A stretch of DNA of 64,000 nt. Origin: Torpedo marmorata (taxonomy: Eukaryota). Below the pieces are notes generated by a model, which saw nothing but the letters and a program-made list of their open reading frames with translations, ran no database searches and was not told the DNA's origin. The position numbers and the translations under genes are program-made. This document shows positions 14,951 to 27,407 of this stretch, in pieces (position 1 is the first letter of the stretch; each line of letters starts with the position of its first letter). The DNA lies in NCBI GenBank assembly GCA_977017645.1, contig OZ360246.1, positions 19,282,001 to 19,346,000 of the forward strand, given 5' to 3'.

Positions 14951-14991
14951 CATAACCAACGTTTCAGGCTTGAGCCCTTCATCAGGTTATG
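14951..14991 (-). ncRNA. Hammerhead-ribozyme-like motif in a Penelope terminal fragment
   Basis: Reverse complement CATAAC CTGATGA A GGGC TCAA GCCT GAAA CGTT GGTTATG. Confidence 0.58.
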
Positions 14992-15596
14992 ACAAAATGT
15001 GGGCAGGTGTCCGGTTATAAGGAAGAAGGTGGCTGGAGTTTCAAATGTGGTGCCTGAGAGGGTGATGGAACAGAGACTCCCTCACATTTAAGAAAATCAG
15101 CAGGGCAATGGAAGGCTATAGACCAAACACAAACACATGGGATTAGGATTGGTGGTGCTTGGTGTGGACAGGGGGTGCTGTAGGAATCCGTGATTGCAAC
15201 TAAATTCAGCTCAACTGTGCTCTTTATTGTGACTCTCAGTCACGTTAAATATTTGCATCCTGAGGAGTAGGGATAATGTGATCGTATGGATGATTACGAA
15301 AACAAAACTAGGCCATACCCAGCTCGTCCACCGGCTCTGCTCATAGAAGTGACGTCAAGCGCATTGCTTTGGATGCTTCCCCAACCCAAAGACAACTTGA
15401 GGCCAAAACGAAAAAACTTCTCTAAAAAATTCCTTTTGAATTCCTCCATGTTCGATCGGAATTGGTCCAGTATAACGCATAAGACTGCTGTTTGTGATAT
15501 TGTTACCCTTTTACAAAATGCGAGAATCGAGAACTGGTCCATTCCCGCCTGCAGAATCTGTCATTACCACAACCACCAGCAGTGCATCCGAGAAAT

Positions 15597-15636
15597 GCCC
15601 TGATGAAGGGGGCTCAGGCCCGAAACGTTGGTTATG
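15597..15636 (+). ncRNA. Hammerhead-ribozyme-like motif (minimal type I) in a Penelope terminal fragment
   Basis: GCC CTGATGA a ggGGGC-TCAG-GCCC GAAA CGTT GGT: both core boxes flank a stem II. Confidence 0.6.
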
Positions 15637-16050
15637 TATCTTTGCTACATAAAGAACGCTGATTGACCTGCTGAGTTTCTCCAGCATTGTGTTTTTAATT
15701 TTATGCTTCCGAGAAATGTCCCATAAATCCAGGCTGCACTTAAATATGTCCTAAAACTCCTCCCCTCAGCAGGAAAACCTTTCACTCAGCTAAAGGAAGT
15801 CGTGGAATGTTTATAGCATGGATGGATTGGTAGGAATTCTGGCATGGAGATGTTCTTGGTTCAATTGTGGAGGGAGAAGATACCAGCGATGTGCATGATT
15901 ACACATCGTGTGAGGGTCTGCTCCAGGTTTTAGAAATTCAGAAGCATTGGGGGGGGGGGGGGGGGGTCAGAGAGTGTGACTAGAGGCAAGAAGGAATAAA
16001 AATTCCTGACCTACCTTCCTCTCGTGATGGTTAATCCGATCTGTGTCTAG

Positions 16051-16191
<141 letters not shown>

Positions 16192-16461
16192 TAATATAAG
16201 TAACAAAAAACTAACCATTTAAGATCCCTCTCCCCCTCCTCCTTTGCTCTCTTACACTTCTCCCCAAGCTCTTGCATGTCCAGTTCTTCTACTCCCACTT
16301 CCCTAGAACCATCCCCCATCTTCCTGATGTAGCCTTCCACACTTTTTAACCCAATCAAACAACTTGGGTTGTGGGGAAGTGGGGTCAGAGCACAAGGTGG
16401 TTCTAGATGAGGGGCCAGAACCCCTCAATTCCATTGTGTTGTGAATCAGCTCTCTAATTGA

Positions 16462-16767
<306 letters not shown>

Positions 16768-17979
16768 TGACCCCCCCGTTTACTTAACTGTGTTGGAGGC
16801 CAAGTGTGAATACCAACTGTTTCTGACCTGCCCACCTTCAGTCTTTCAACTTGATCTTGAGGATGAAGCATTTGTGGTAAATGAGTTGGAGGGAGAGGGG
16901 GGGCAGTGCTCCTGGCAAGACCATGAAATCTCCCATTGATGTGTGGGACTATATTCGAGTGGGTTGAGCAGGGTAGATCAGGTGGGAGCGTTGAGCTAGA
17001 GTCGCGATCCTGAAAGAAAGAAAATTGGTAGAAAGAATTTTCCTGCATTGATGTCCCCGGTCATGTCTCAGGCAGGCTGACAATCTGGCCCTGCACGTCG
17101 TGCGAGTCTGATCCTTGGCTTCAACGAACCTCTGCTCAGATTGCTGTTGGGTTTCTTTTTGTTTCTTCATTCTGTTTCAATTTATTGTTTAGACTGGAAA
17201 AAATCTTTTTATTTTTGTTAATTATTATTATTTGCTGGGTTATATTTCTTGGTCCTGAGGATCTTTCATAGCCAAATGTCATCCCAAAATGTTTTACAAC
17301 CATTGAAGTATTTTAGCAATGTTGTAAAGGAGCAATTGTGGGCTGCACGTTTTAGTTACCAGTACATTGAAATCTTTTAAACAGCAATGAGATACAAATG
17401 AAATCAATTGAGTTTGTGTTGGTTGTGAGGTAAATTATTTGTGTTTTCAGAGAATGCTGTAGTATTTTTTTTTTTTTACACTTGTTGGTAAGATAAGTCT
17501 GATTCATTGCACATCTATTCCACTCAGAACAATTAAATTCTACCTGTGGTACCATTTAAAATTTTCAATCTCAGCAAGTGGACTAACTCGGAGCCAGTAG
17601 TGCTGCCCACTAGTGGGCAAATTAATTATCAGCAGGATATATCACAAATATAAACAGGTTGACATTGGACCATGAGCAGACTTGAGACAATAACCACCAC
17701 TATTATGGGCCCAGTTATGAGGAAATACTTTTATCTCTTTATAAACAAAATACAGGCTTGGCTGACAAGCAAAGATGGGTTAATGACAGCAATGGGATAA
17801 AGTAGTGGTTTCATGATGATTAATGGTGGAGAAGGGAACATTCTGACCTTCAGTGATGGTCTCAAATACTCCTGAGTGAGTGACAGCATGCATTAGGTAA
17901 AGAGTTCTCCACCCTGTCCCATTAAATACTCCCATTCAAGGTGCAGCACGAGTCAAATACAGAGTAAAGCTCCCTCTGC

Positions 17980-18192
17980 CAGTGGTTCTCAACCTTTTTC
18001 GGTCTAAGGCCCACCTGGCTTCCGGCCTAACATGCCATGGCCCACTAGTGGCAATGACTGAGCAATATTTTCAAGTCAAAGGCAGCTCTGTAAGAAACAC
18101 ATCTTTATCTAATTTAAAGTATTTATTTAACATTTTTAAAGACCCACATGGAAAGATGCTGTGGGCCATGGCCCACTGGTTGAGAACCACTG
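17980..18192. mobile_element. hAT-Charlie-like MITE
   Basis: TIR CAGTGGTTCTCAACC / GGTTGAGAACCACTG; TSD not preserved. Confidence 0.75.
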
Positions 18193-18543
18193 GGTCGACA
18201 CCATTCAATGAAATGTTCCTGGGACAGATTCAGCACTGGAGGAAGGCTGTATTTGTACTGCCCCATTAAACTATCCCATGACATGGGCAACGTGGATTAG
18301 ACCTGGAGTAATGCAAGTACGCTTATGTTCCCTACTTGTAGCAGTTTCTGAGTGAGATTGACCATTGAGGTCACAATGAGCTAGATGGATGTTTTCCCAA
18401 CCAGTTTCACAGGCAAATTTCTAAGTTAAATTTTGTCACTGTCACCTGGGCCTGGTTTGAGTTTCGAGACTGTTTTGTACCTGTTCTTCTGATTTGACTT
18501 GCCTCTCATCACTAACCTTGTCTTTCTGGAAAATAAATCCAAG

Positions 18544-18709
18544 GTCCAGGAGTTTGAATACATCAACGGGAGGTACAGCACGCCAGAGATGATGCCCGAG
18601 AACGTGGAGAGCAAGAAGCCCATCGACTGCATGTCCTCCGATTCCAGTACCCCTGTTGCCGCCAGTCCTGCCTGTCCTCTGCCCGGTGTACCAGCTCACA
18701 GCTCCATCG
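18544..18709 (+). CDS. CHD5: CHD5 coding exon (VQEFEYINGRYSTPEMMPENVESKK...SSTPVAASPACPLPGVPAHSSI)
   Basis: VQEFE..NG.YSTP is conserved; aag acceptor, gtgggt donor. Confidence 0.85.
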
Positions 18710-19593
18710 GTGGGTTCCACGCGGTCCCGCTCCAAAAGCCCAGAATTTGCCTATAGAAAGGACGGGTGTCAGGGTTTAACTGCTGGGAGGGGAGAAAGGA
18801 TGGTGGTGTGGATATGATAAACTATTGCTGCTTGACCTTCATTCCTATCTGTAGTCCCAAACTCCCCATTCCTTGTTGCCTAGCTCTGTTCTGATCCAGC
18901 CAGTTGCAGCCACAGGATTAATTACCTGTGGTAGCTTCTCTTCCCACCGTTACCCTCCGATTGTGGCCTCAGTCCCCATCTACTTTGGTTTTTCACCTGC
19001 CTCTCAGCAGCAGCCTCTGTGAACAGCACGTCAGTGGCCGTGTGTACACTGACAAATGTACAGCTACACCCCTGTGTCATCTAACGACTCCTGTCCACTC
19101 TCTAGACTGAGAGTCTGCTTGTGGGTGAACAGGAGTTTCTTCCTCTAATCAATGGCAAATCTGAGACCATTGTGTTCAATCCCTGTTGCAAACAGCGTTC
19201 AAAGCTGGTGATTCTCCCTGGAAATGATACATCCTGTTTAAAATCTTGGGTCCTGTATAATTCTGAGGTGACCTTCGGAACACAAATCTGACAGACTCTG
19301 GGAAAGCTTGTAACCCCTCGCTTTGCTGGATTCTGCACCTGTCTGAGCTCACCTACTGCTGAAAATCTGAATGAAATTGGAAAATGCTGGCAATGCAGTA
19401 TTATTGAGAGTGGAACAGAGGTCAGTCACCAGAACTCCGGCCAGTGAATGGTCATCAGCTTGGAACATTCACTCCAGCCCAATCCATTCTTGGTTATCTC
19501 CCTCATTCCACCTGAGCTTATCTAAAACTCTGCAGTCTGGGTCCGAGCTCTGAAACACATCACCTTGGACTTGCTGACCTCTGCTTATTCTCT

Positions 19594-20783
19594 GAACATA
19601 GAACACTACAGTACAGGCCCTTCGGCCCTCGATGTTGTGCCGACCCATATATTCCTTTTAAAAAAAAAGTACTAAACCCTCCCTACCCTGTAACCCTCTA
19701 TTTTTCTTCCATCCATGTGCCTGTCTAAGAGTCTCTTAAATGCCCCTAATGTTTCAGCCTCCACCACCATCCCTGGCAACGCATTCCAAGTACCCACAAC
19801 TCTCTGCGTCTCCCCTAAACTTTCCTCCCTTCACTTTGTACTCATGTCCTCTGGTGTTTGGTATTCCTGCCCTGGGAAACAGGTGCTGGCTGTCCACCCT
19901 ATCTATGCCTCTCATAATCTTCTAGACCTCTATTAAGTCTCCTCTCATCCTTTTACGCTCCAAAGAGAAAAGTCCCAGCTCTGCTAACCTTGCCTCATAA
20001 GACTTCTTTTCCAATCCAGGTAACATCCTGGTAAATCTCCTCTGCACCCTCTCCATGGCTTCCATATCTTTCCTATAATGAGGTGACCAGAACTGAACAC
20101 AATATTCTAAGTGTGGTCTCACCAGAGATTTGTAGAGTTGCAACATGACCTCTCTACTCCTGAACTCAATCCACCTATTAGTGAAGCCCAGTATCCCATA
20201 GGCCTTCTTAACTATCCTATCAACCTGTGCGGCGACCTTGAGGGATGTATGGATTTGGACCCCGAGGTCCCTCTGTTCATCCACACTCTTAAGTAACCGA
20301 CCATTAACCCTGTACTCAACCTTCTGGTTTGTCCTTCCAAAATGCATCACCTCACACTTATCAGGATTGAACTCCATCTGCCACTTCTCTGCCCAATTCT
20401 GCATCCTGTCTATATCCTCTTGTAACCAACGACAACCTTCGGCACTATCCACAACTTCTCCAACCTTCATATCATCCCCAAACTTACTGACCCATCCTTC
20501 CGCCTCCTCATCTTGGTCATTTATAAAAATTACAAAGAGCAGGGGTCCCAGAACAGATCCCTGCGGCACTCCACTAGTTACCGACCTCCAAGCAGAATAC
20601 TTTCCTTCCACTACTACTCTCTAATTTCTTCCTACAAGCCAATTTTTTATCCACACAGCCAAGGTACCATGGATCCTATGCCTCATGACTTTCTGAACGA
20701 GTCTCTCATGGGGGACCTTGTCAAATGCCTTACTAAAATCCAAATAGACCACATCTACCGCCCTACCCTCATCAATTTCTTTT
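19594..20783 (-). mobile_element. CR1-type LINE 3' fragment (RT)
   Basis: SGVPQGSVLGPLLF, KFGDD and LVRPHLEYCVQFWSP peptides; tail gttctatgttc. Confidence 0.9.
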
Positions 20784-21087
20784 GATTAAATTTCCTCCAA
20801 GATCTCGTATCTCCCAAACATTCTCCAGCCCCGCGACCCTCTGAGATATTTCTGCTCCTTCTGGTTTTGACCTCTTGCTGGTCACCCCTTCAGTTCCTGC
20901 CCCTCTGGCTCCTGGGCCTTCCGCTGGCAAGGCCACCAGCTCTGGATGTCACTCCCTGGACCTCCCCACCTCTCTACCTCTTCCCACCCGGAGGATGTTG
21001 CTCTTCCAGCCTTGTTGACCAGGATTGTAGGCAGTTCCTGTAGTATCACCATTGTGTGGCTCAGTGTCAAATATTATTTGATAACAG

Positions 21088-21263
21088 AGTGAAAAACGAA
21101 AGTCTGCAGACGCTGTGATTGTAGTAAAAACACACCGAAATGCTGGAGGAACCCAGCCCGTCTCGCAGCATCCCTTGAAGGGCTCAGGCCCGAAACGCCA
21201 GCAATATATCTTTATCTCTTATGGATGCTGCAAGACCGGCTGAGTTCCTTGAGCATTTCAGTG
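21088..21263. mobile_element. Short fold-back Penelope-terminus derivative
   Basis: Reverse-complement terminus joined to a forward gggctcaggcccgaaac terminus. Confidence 0.65.
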
Positions 21264-21866
21264 AAAGTTGGTGTTATCAAATAATAAAAACACACAGAGT
21301 TAAAGGAGTTATTTAAATACAGGTTGTTGTAAAGGAAGGGGGAGTTTGCAAAGGGAAGGATAAAATTGGTGTGTGTTGGAGAGAGATGGTGAGTGTGTGT
21401 CTGTCTTCCTATTGCAGATTACACTGCTGACTGGATGAGGTAAACTCCCCAGGTTTTCCACAGGCAGAGATAGTGTGTCTGTCCCCTGCTCTATGTCACT
21501 AGTCCTCTTGGGAAGCGTGGAGGTCGGTCCTACTTTGCATCCGCAAGCTCTGGGGTTTGGGTCGACTCAGTGCTGTCACTGAGCCAACAGTGTAACATCT
21601 CGATGATATACAGCTGCTCAGTGCAGAGCCCAGCAGGGAGCTGAATTGGAGGGTATCTCAGCAGTGGGTGATGGGGCTTGAGCACACACCACCATCCAGC
21701 TTCTAGGGTTGGGTGGTACCTGTAAATCAGGTTGATCATTGGCTTAACCCATGGCATTGAACCTTGGCCATCATCTGTCTATGGGTGGTGTTAGTGTTCC
21801 CCCTTGAAGCCCAGTCACGTGGTGTTGCAGAATTAATCCGACCAAAGGAATTATTTTCCTTCTCAG

Positions 21867-21928
21867 AGAAGAATGGCTGCTGTGCGGAAGTGATGGATGA
21901 CAACGAGAGAGACAAGGAAGAGTGTGAG
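21867..21928 (+). CDS. CHD5: Probable CHD5 exon in the variable acidic region (EKNGCCAEVMDDNERDKEECE), GC donor
   Basis: ttttccttctcag acceptor; GAG|gcaagt donor; converts phase 1 to phase 0 as the flanking exons require. Confidence 0.7.
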
Positions 21929-23486
21929 GCAAGTATTGAAAGGGCACAAGCGAGTCCCTGCCTGAAGGGCTGGGTAATAACTGAGCTTCCGAGCGACCCA
22001 GGTAACACAGGAACCAGAGCGATTGTGTTCACAGTTATTTTGCAATAACAAGGTTCAAAGACACTTATTGGTCTTAAGCAGTGAATTTAGCAGTTACCCT
22101 TGTGCTAAGATCAGGGCACCGAGTACAGGTGTTGGGACATCATGTTACAACTGTACAAGATGTACTGGGCTTGAGTTATAAGAGGATGGATAGGCTGGGA
22201 GGTGGGGGGACTTTATCGAGGTTTGTAAAATTGGGGGACATAGATAAGGAGCTGGGCCTGTGCAACTCCACAGCTCTATAACTATTGCTACACAAGGTAC
22301 TGGGTCAGCCAATAGGTAAATTAACACAGAATACTGGGAATCTGATAAACCTGGCGAATCAGGTGAGATCTGTGGAAAGAGAAACAGTTCAGCTCAACGA
22401 CCATTCGTCAGAGCTCAACAAGGTTAAAGATACAAACACATTTTAATGCACAAGGGGGAAGATGGGCAAATAATAGAAGGCATGATGGTGCAAGACAGGT
22501 AGGTGATAAGCAGACTAGTGAAGAGGCACCCGATGGGTCTGGAAGAAGTGTAAAATGAGCTGGGTCATTCTCCAAGGGGGGGTTTTAGTCTGGGAGACTG
22601 TCAGACTCTGGAGACTGAGGCCAGGATGAGGTGGTTGATTAAACTGACAAGCGACTGGCACCTTGGAGTCACACTTGTGCACTGAACATTTTCTGATGAA
22701 TAGTCATTAACCAGAAACTGTCCCCGGCCCTGACCTGAGTATCTCCAGCATTTGCAGTTTTTATTTCGATACAAGCATTAACTTCCATTTTAAGTAGCAT
22801 CACCCACAGCCATTGAACAAGCAAAATCTCTTGTTTAGGCTCGATTATATACAGCTCTTCAGTGCAGAGCCCAGCAGGGAGGGGCCAAGGAGCTGAATTG
22901 GAGGGTATCTCAGCAGTGGGTGATGGTAATGTGATAAATGCTCCCCTCCAAAGGTGAGGCCACACAGGTTGGAGCTTTGCCCCTTCACCTGTTGGGGGAA
23001 CTCCCCTCCTTACTCAAATTCTCCTTTTAATCGTAAAAGTTAAGGGTTTGTGAAGGCCTATTTCAGGAGGCCATTCAGCCCATTGAATCGATGTTGGATC
23101 TCAGGGCAATGCCATCAATCCCATTCCCTCACTTATTCCCCGTAAACCTGTTCCCTTGCATGCCACCCCTCCTCCCCAGTCCGCACCGAGTTGAGTCTAG
23201 CAGGATTGCGTACAGAAACCCCCCCCCCACAACCTTGTGTACAGAGGAGGAAACCTGCCAGGGCTTCTGCCCCCCAATCACCATGCTTGCTCCAAGTTCA
23301 GTGTCACAGCAGACTCCGACTGGGATCACGGGCACACCAAGGGCTCGGCTCTAGGGAGGGGCAGGGCAGTCCCTGCGGAGCGTTGCCTCCTTTGGATGAG
23401 TGTGGTTGAGGAGTGAAAGGGTTAGCCGGGGTAGTGGTATCTCCGGATGGGCACTGATATGTTTTCCCATGTTGATCTCACGGCAG

Positions 23487-23625
23487 GTTCCCAGCGGCGG
23501 GAAAACCGCTCCCGGCGGCGAGAAGCCTCAGGAATCGGAATGCAAGAAGCGAGTGAGCGAGTGTGGAACAGAGGAGAAAGGGGAGCGTGAGCTGCAGGAG
23601 CCAGCGGCACCTCCTCAACCCAAAG
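23487..23625 (+). CDS. CHD5: Probable CHD5 exon in the variable region (VPSGGKTAPGGEKPQESECKKRVSECGTEEKGERELQEPAAPPQPK)
   Basis: Open, charged/Pro-rich frame; cag acceptor, G|gt donor; phase 0 to 1 fits neighbours. Confidence 0.72.
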
Positions 23626-23867
23626 GTGCTGGCAGGGATGGGTCTCAACATCTGTTGCCACAGGTTATAAACCTCCCTCCCTAACCAGTCCCCGAGTCCA
23701 AACCTGGACTCAAACACTCACCTCTTTGGAGCACTTGTGCCTTCAGGAGGTCCTGCAGTTGGTTAGGATCACTTGAACTGCAGTCACCACTGAAATGTAA
23801 AGCTCCCACAATGATATGAAAATGACTGATTTTAGGATCGGCGTTAAAATCTGGACAGAGACCGTGA

Positions 23868-24152
23868 GATACAAGACCATAAGATACAAGAGCAGAAGTA
23901 GGCCACTCGGCCCATCGAATCCACTCCGCCATTCCTTCATGAGCTGATCCATTCTCCCACTCAGCCCCACTCCCCTGCCTTCTCACCATAACCCTTGATA
24001 CCCTGACTATTCAGATACCTATCAATCTCTGCCTTAAATACACTCAACGACTTGGCCTCCACAGCTGCCCATGGTAGCAAATTCCACCACTCTCTGGCTA
24101 AAGAAATTCCTCTGCATCTCTGTATTAAATGGATGCCCTTTAATCCTGAAGT
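23868..24152 (-). mobile_element. CR1-type LINE 3' end
   Basis: RNFFSQRVV peptide and CR1 3' UTR. Confidence 0.7.
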
Positions 24153-24249
24153 TGAGGCTTTTCAATAACCCCCTGTGACCTACCAGCTGGTTCACAGGCA
24201 GTGGCCTGACTTCCTGCTGTATCTGAAGGCGTGTGTCCTGATGGTGCAG

Positions 24250-25636
24250 TAGCACTTACATCAACAGTGATGAAGTGTTTTGAAAGGCTGGTGATGAAGT
24301 ATATCAGCTCCTGTCTGAGCGGTGACATGGATCCACTCCAGTTCGCCTATCGCGGCAAGAGGTCTACGGCGGATGCCATCCCACTGGCCCTTCACAAAGC
24401 CCTGGAACACCTGGACAGCAAAGATGCATACATCAGGATGCTCTTTATCGACTACACTTCAGCATTTAACACCATCATCCCCTCAAAACTGATCAGCAAA
24501 CTCCAAGACCTGGGAGTTAACACCCCACTGCGTAATTGGATCATGGATTTCCTCACCTCCAGACCACAATCAGTGAAGATTGGTAAGAACTTCTCCTCCA
24601 CAATCTCCATCAGTACCGGAGCACCACAGGGCTGTGTTCTTAGCTCCCTGCTCTACTCACTTTACACCTACGACTGTGTAGCTCGGTACGACAATAACAC
24701 CATCTACAAATTTGCCGACGATACCACGGTAGTGGGTTGTATAAAGGAAGGGGATGAGTCAGCACACAGGATGGAGATTGAAAACTTGGCTGAATGGTGC
24801 ACCAACAACAACCTTGCACTGAAACTAAGGAGCTGATTGTTGACTTTAGGAAAGGAAAGCCAGAGGTGTACAATCCAGTGATCATTGGGGGATCAGGGGC
24901 GGAGAGGGTGAGCAAATTTAGGTTCTTGGGAGTCACTATCTCGGAGGATCTTTCCTGGACCCAACACACCAATGGCATCGTGAAGAAAGCACATCAACGC
25001 CTCTACTTCCTCAGGAGCTTGCAGAGGTTTGGTATGACACCAGAAACCCTGGCAAATTTCTACAGATGTGTGGTGGAAAGTATGCTGACTGGCTGCATCA
25101 CAGTCTGGTATGGGAACACCAATTTCCCGGAGCGTAAAGCCCTCCAAATGGTAGTGGACACAGTCCAGGACATAACTGGCAAAACCCTCCCCACTATTGA
25201 GAACATGTACAGGGAACGCTGCCGTCGGAGAGCAGCAGCAATCATTAAAGACCCACACCACCCAGCACACGCTCTGTTCTCGCTGCTGCTATCAGGAGAG
25301 AGGTATAGGTGCCACAAGACTCGCACCACCAGGTTTAGGAACAGCTGCTACCCCTCTACCATCAGAATCCTCAACGACAAAGTCAAATCAGAACTCATTT
25401 AAGGACTCTTGCTCGTGCAATTTATTGAATTTTTTCCTTTGCTCTCTCTGAATTGCACAGTCAGTTTCATTCGTTACCTGTTGGCAGTTCTTTAGATTGT
25501 TTACATGTTTACGCTGTGTACAATTTACTTTTGCACTACCAATTAGTGGTAATTCTGCTGCGCCCGCAGGAAAAAAGAATCTCAGGGTTGTATGTGACGT
25601 CATGTATGTACTCTGACAATAAGTCTGAAAATCTGC
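24250..25636 (+). mobile_element. Rex1/Babar LINE, 5'-truncated
   Basis: [25 protein letters not shown] and KFADDTT peptides; TSD CCTGATGGTGCAG at 24237-24249 and 25637-25649. Confidence 0.88.
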
Positions 25637-25834
25637 CCTGATGGTGCAGCGGTGCCTCAGTACAAAACAGAGGCTCGCCCTGGAATAGGGGCAAACCCCT
25701 GACCTTCCCCACTAGGAGATGGAAGGGGTATCCACCCAGGGTGGATGATCTTGTGGTGCAGAACCTACTGCTCCCTGAAGCTGTCACCAAGGTGGTGGAG
25801 TTGGCAGCACAACAGAGTCGGCACTGTTCATGGG

Positions 25835-26072
25835 AGTGAAACACGAAAGTCTGCAGATGCTGTGATCGTAGTAAAAACACACCAAAATGCAAAGATATAT
25901 TGCCGACGTTTCGGGCCTGAGCCCTTCTTCAAGTAATAAGCAAAGAATGCTTATTCCTCCCTGCTTATTCCTTGAAGAAGGGCTCAGGCCCAAAAAGTCG
26001 GCAATATCTCTCTGTCTCCTATGGACGCTGAAAGACCGGCTGAGTTCCTCCAGAATTTCGGTGTGTTTTTAC
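25835..26072. mobile_element. Short fold-back Penelope-terminus derivative with two opposed hammerhead-like motifs
   Basis: acgtttcgggcctgagcccttcttcaag ... cttgaagaagggctcaggccc inverted pair. Confidence 0.68.
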
Positions 26073-26370
26073 TGTTCATGGGAGGCTTGGAGTCAGAGAG
26101 GTGGGTGCGGAGAGGAGGTGGCGGAATAAGAGTGCAGGATCGTGGGGGGGAGCACAAAATTCATTATGGGCACAGAGGTACAACAAACTCGGTCTCCATC
26201 AAGGTCCTGACCCACAACATCTGCTGACCATTTCTCCCCATGCCTGTCCCACTGAGTCCCTCTCTTCGTTCGGTCAGTTTTGTTGATGCACGGTGTCTCT
26301 GTGTGAACCCTTCAGGCTGCTGGTGTCTATATTCACCCAGAATTGTATTTATTTGTCCTTTCTTTGATAG

Positions 26371-26514
26371 CTGAAGACACAACAGAGGACAAGGATGCAG
26401 CAGAAGGTCTGCAGAATGGCGAGCTGGTGAAAGACATGAAGGAGGAAGAGGGCAGAAAGGAGCAGTGTGGCAAAGGAAGATTTATGTTCAACATTGCAGA
26501 CGGGGGTTTCACAG
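26371..26514 (+). CDS. CHD5: CHD5 coding exon (EDTTEDKDAAEGLQNGE...GRFMFNIADGGFT)
   Basis: Start of CHDCT2 domain (FMFNIADGGFT); AG/GT. Confidence 0.92.
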
Positions 26515-26907
26515 GTACCCATCATCAGCCTGCTCGGTCATCCTGCGGCACACTCAACCAAGTTAACAGATGAATCCTTGTGTTCACTAGTGGGACCCTG
26601 CCACCAGACTTACAGGGTCATGTCAGACTCCTCCTCCATTACCCCCCCCCAGCCTAGCTCGGTGTTGATGGACCCTTCCCCCACAACCGCTCCCCAGCCT
26701 GGCTCGGTGACGATCGATACCTCCCCCAACCCCGCCCAACATGGCTCATGATGATCGACACCCCCACCCCCTCGTCGTGTTGGTGGGGTCCCACCATGGC
26801 TCAGTGCCTGTGGGGCCTCCTCTCCTCCTTCCGCAGCCCTCCCCAGTTTCCAGATGGTGGAGACTGCCCACGGAACTTCCCACTTCAGCAGCCGGCTCGT
26901 TCTATGA

Positions 26908-27129
<222 letters not shown>

Positions 27130-27407
27130 TAATAACCTCCCTGCTGGTTGTACATGCGTCCACGGACTGGCAGGGAAGATGTGTTTGCTTTCTAGATCAT
27201 AGAATGACATTGTACTCAGTGCAGTGTTTAACATCATCACGTGCCATGTGTGCTCAGTCCCCAAATTCTTCAAACTCCATCAGTTTATCTTCCTTCATTT
27301 AACTTAGCGTCTCCTTCGATACATCCCGTCACACCTGCAAGTGGAATCATCATCGTTTCTACTGTTTTATTTGAATCCCTTTTCAATGAAATAGGATCCC
27401 TCCTATT

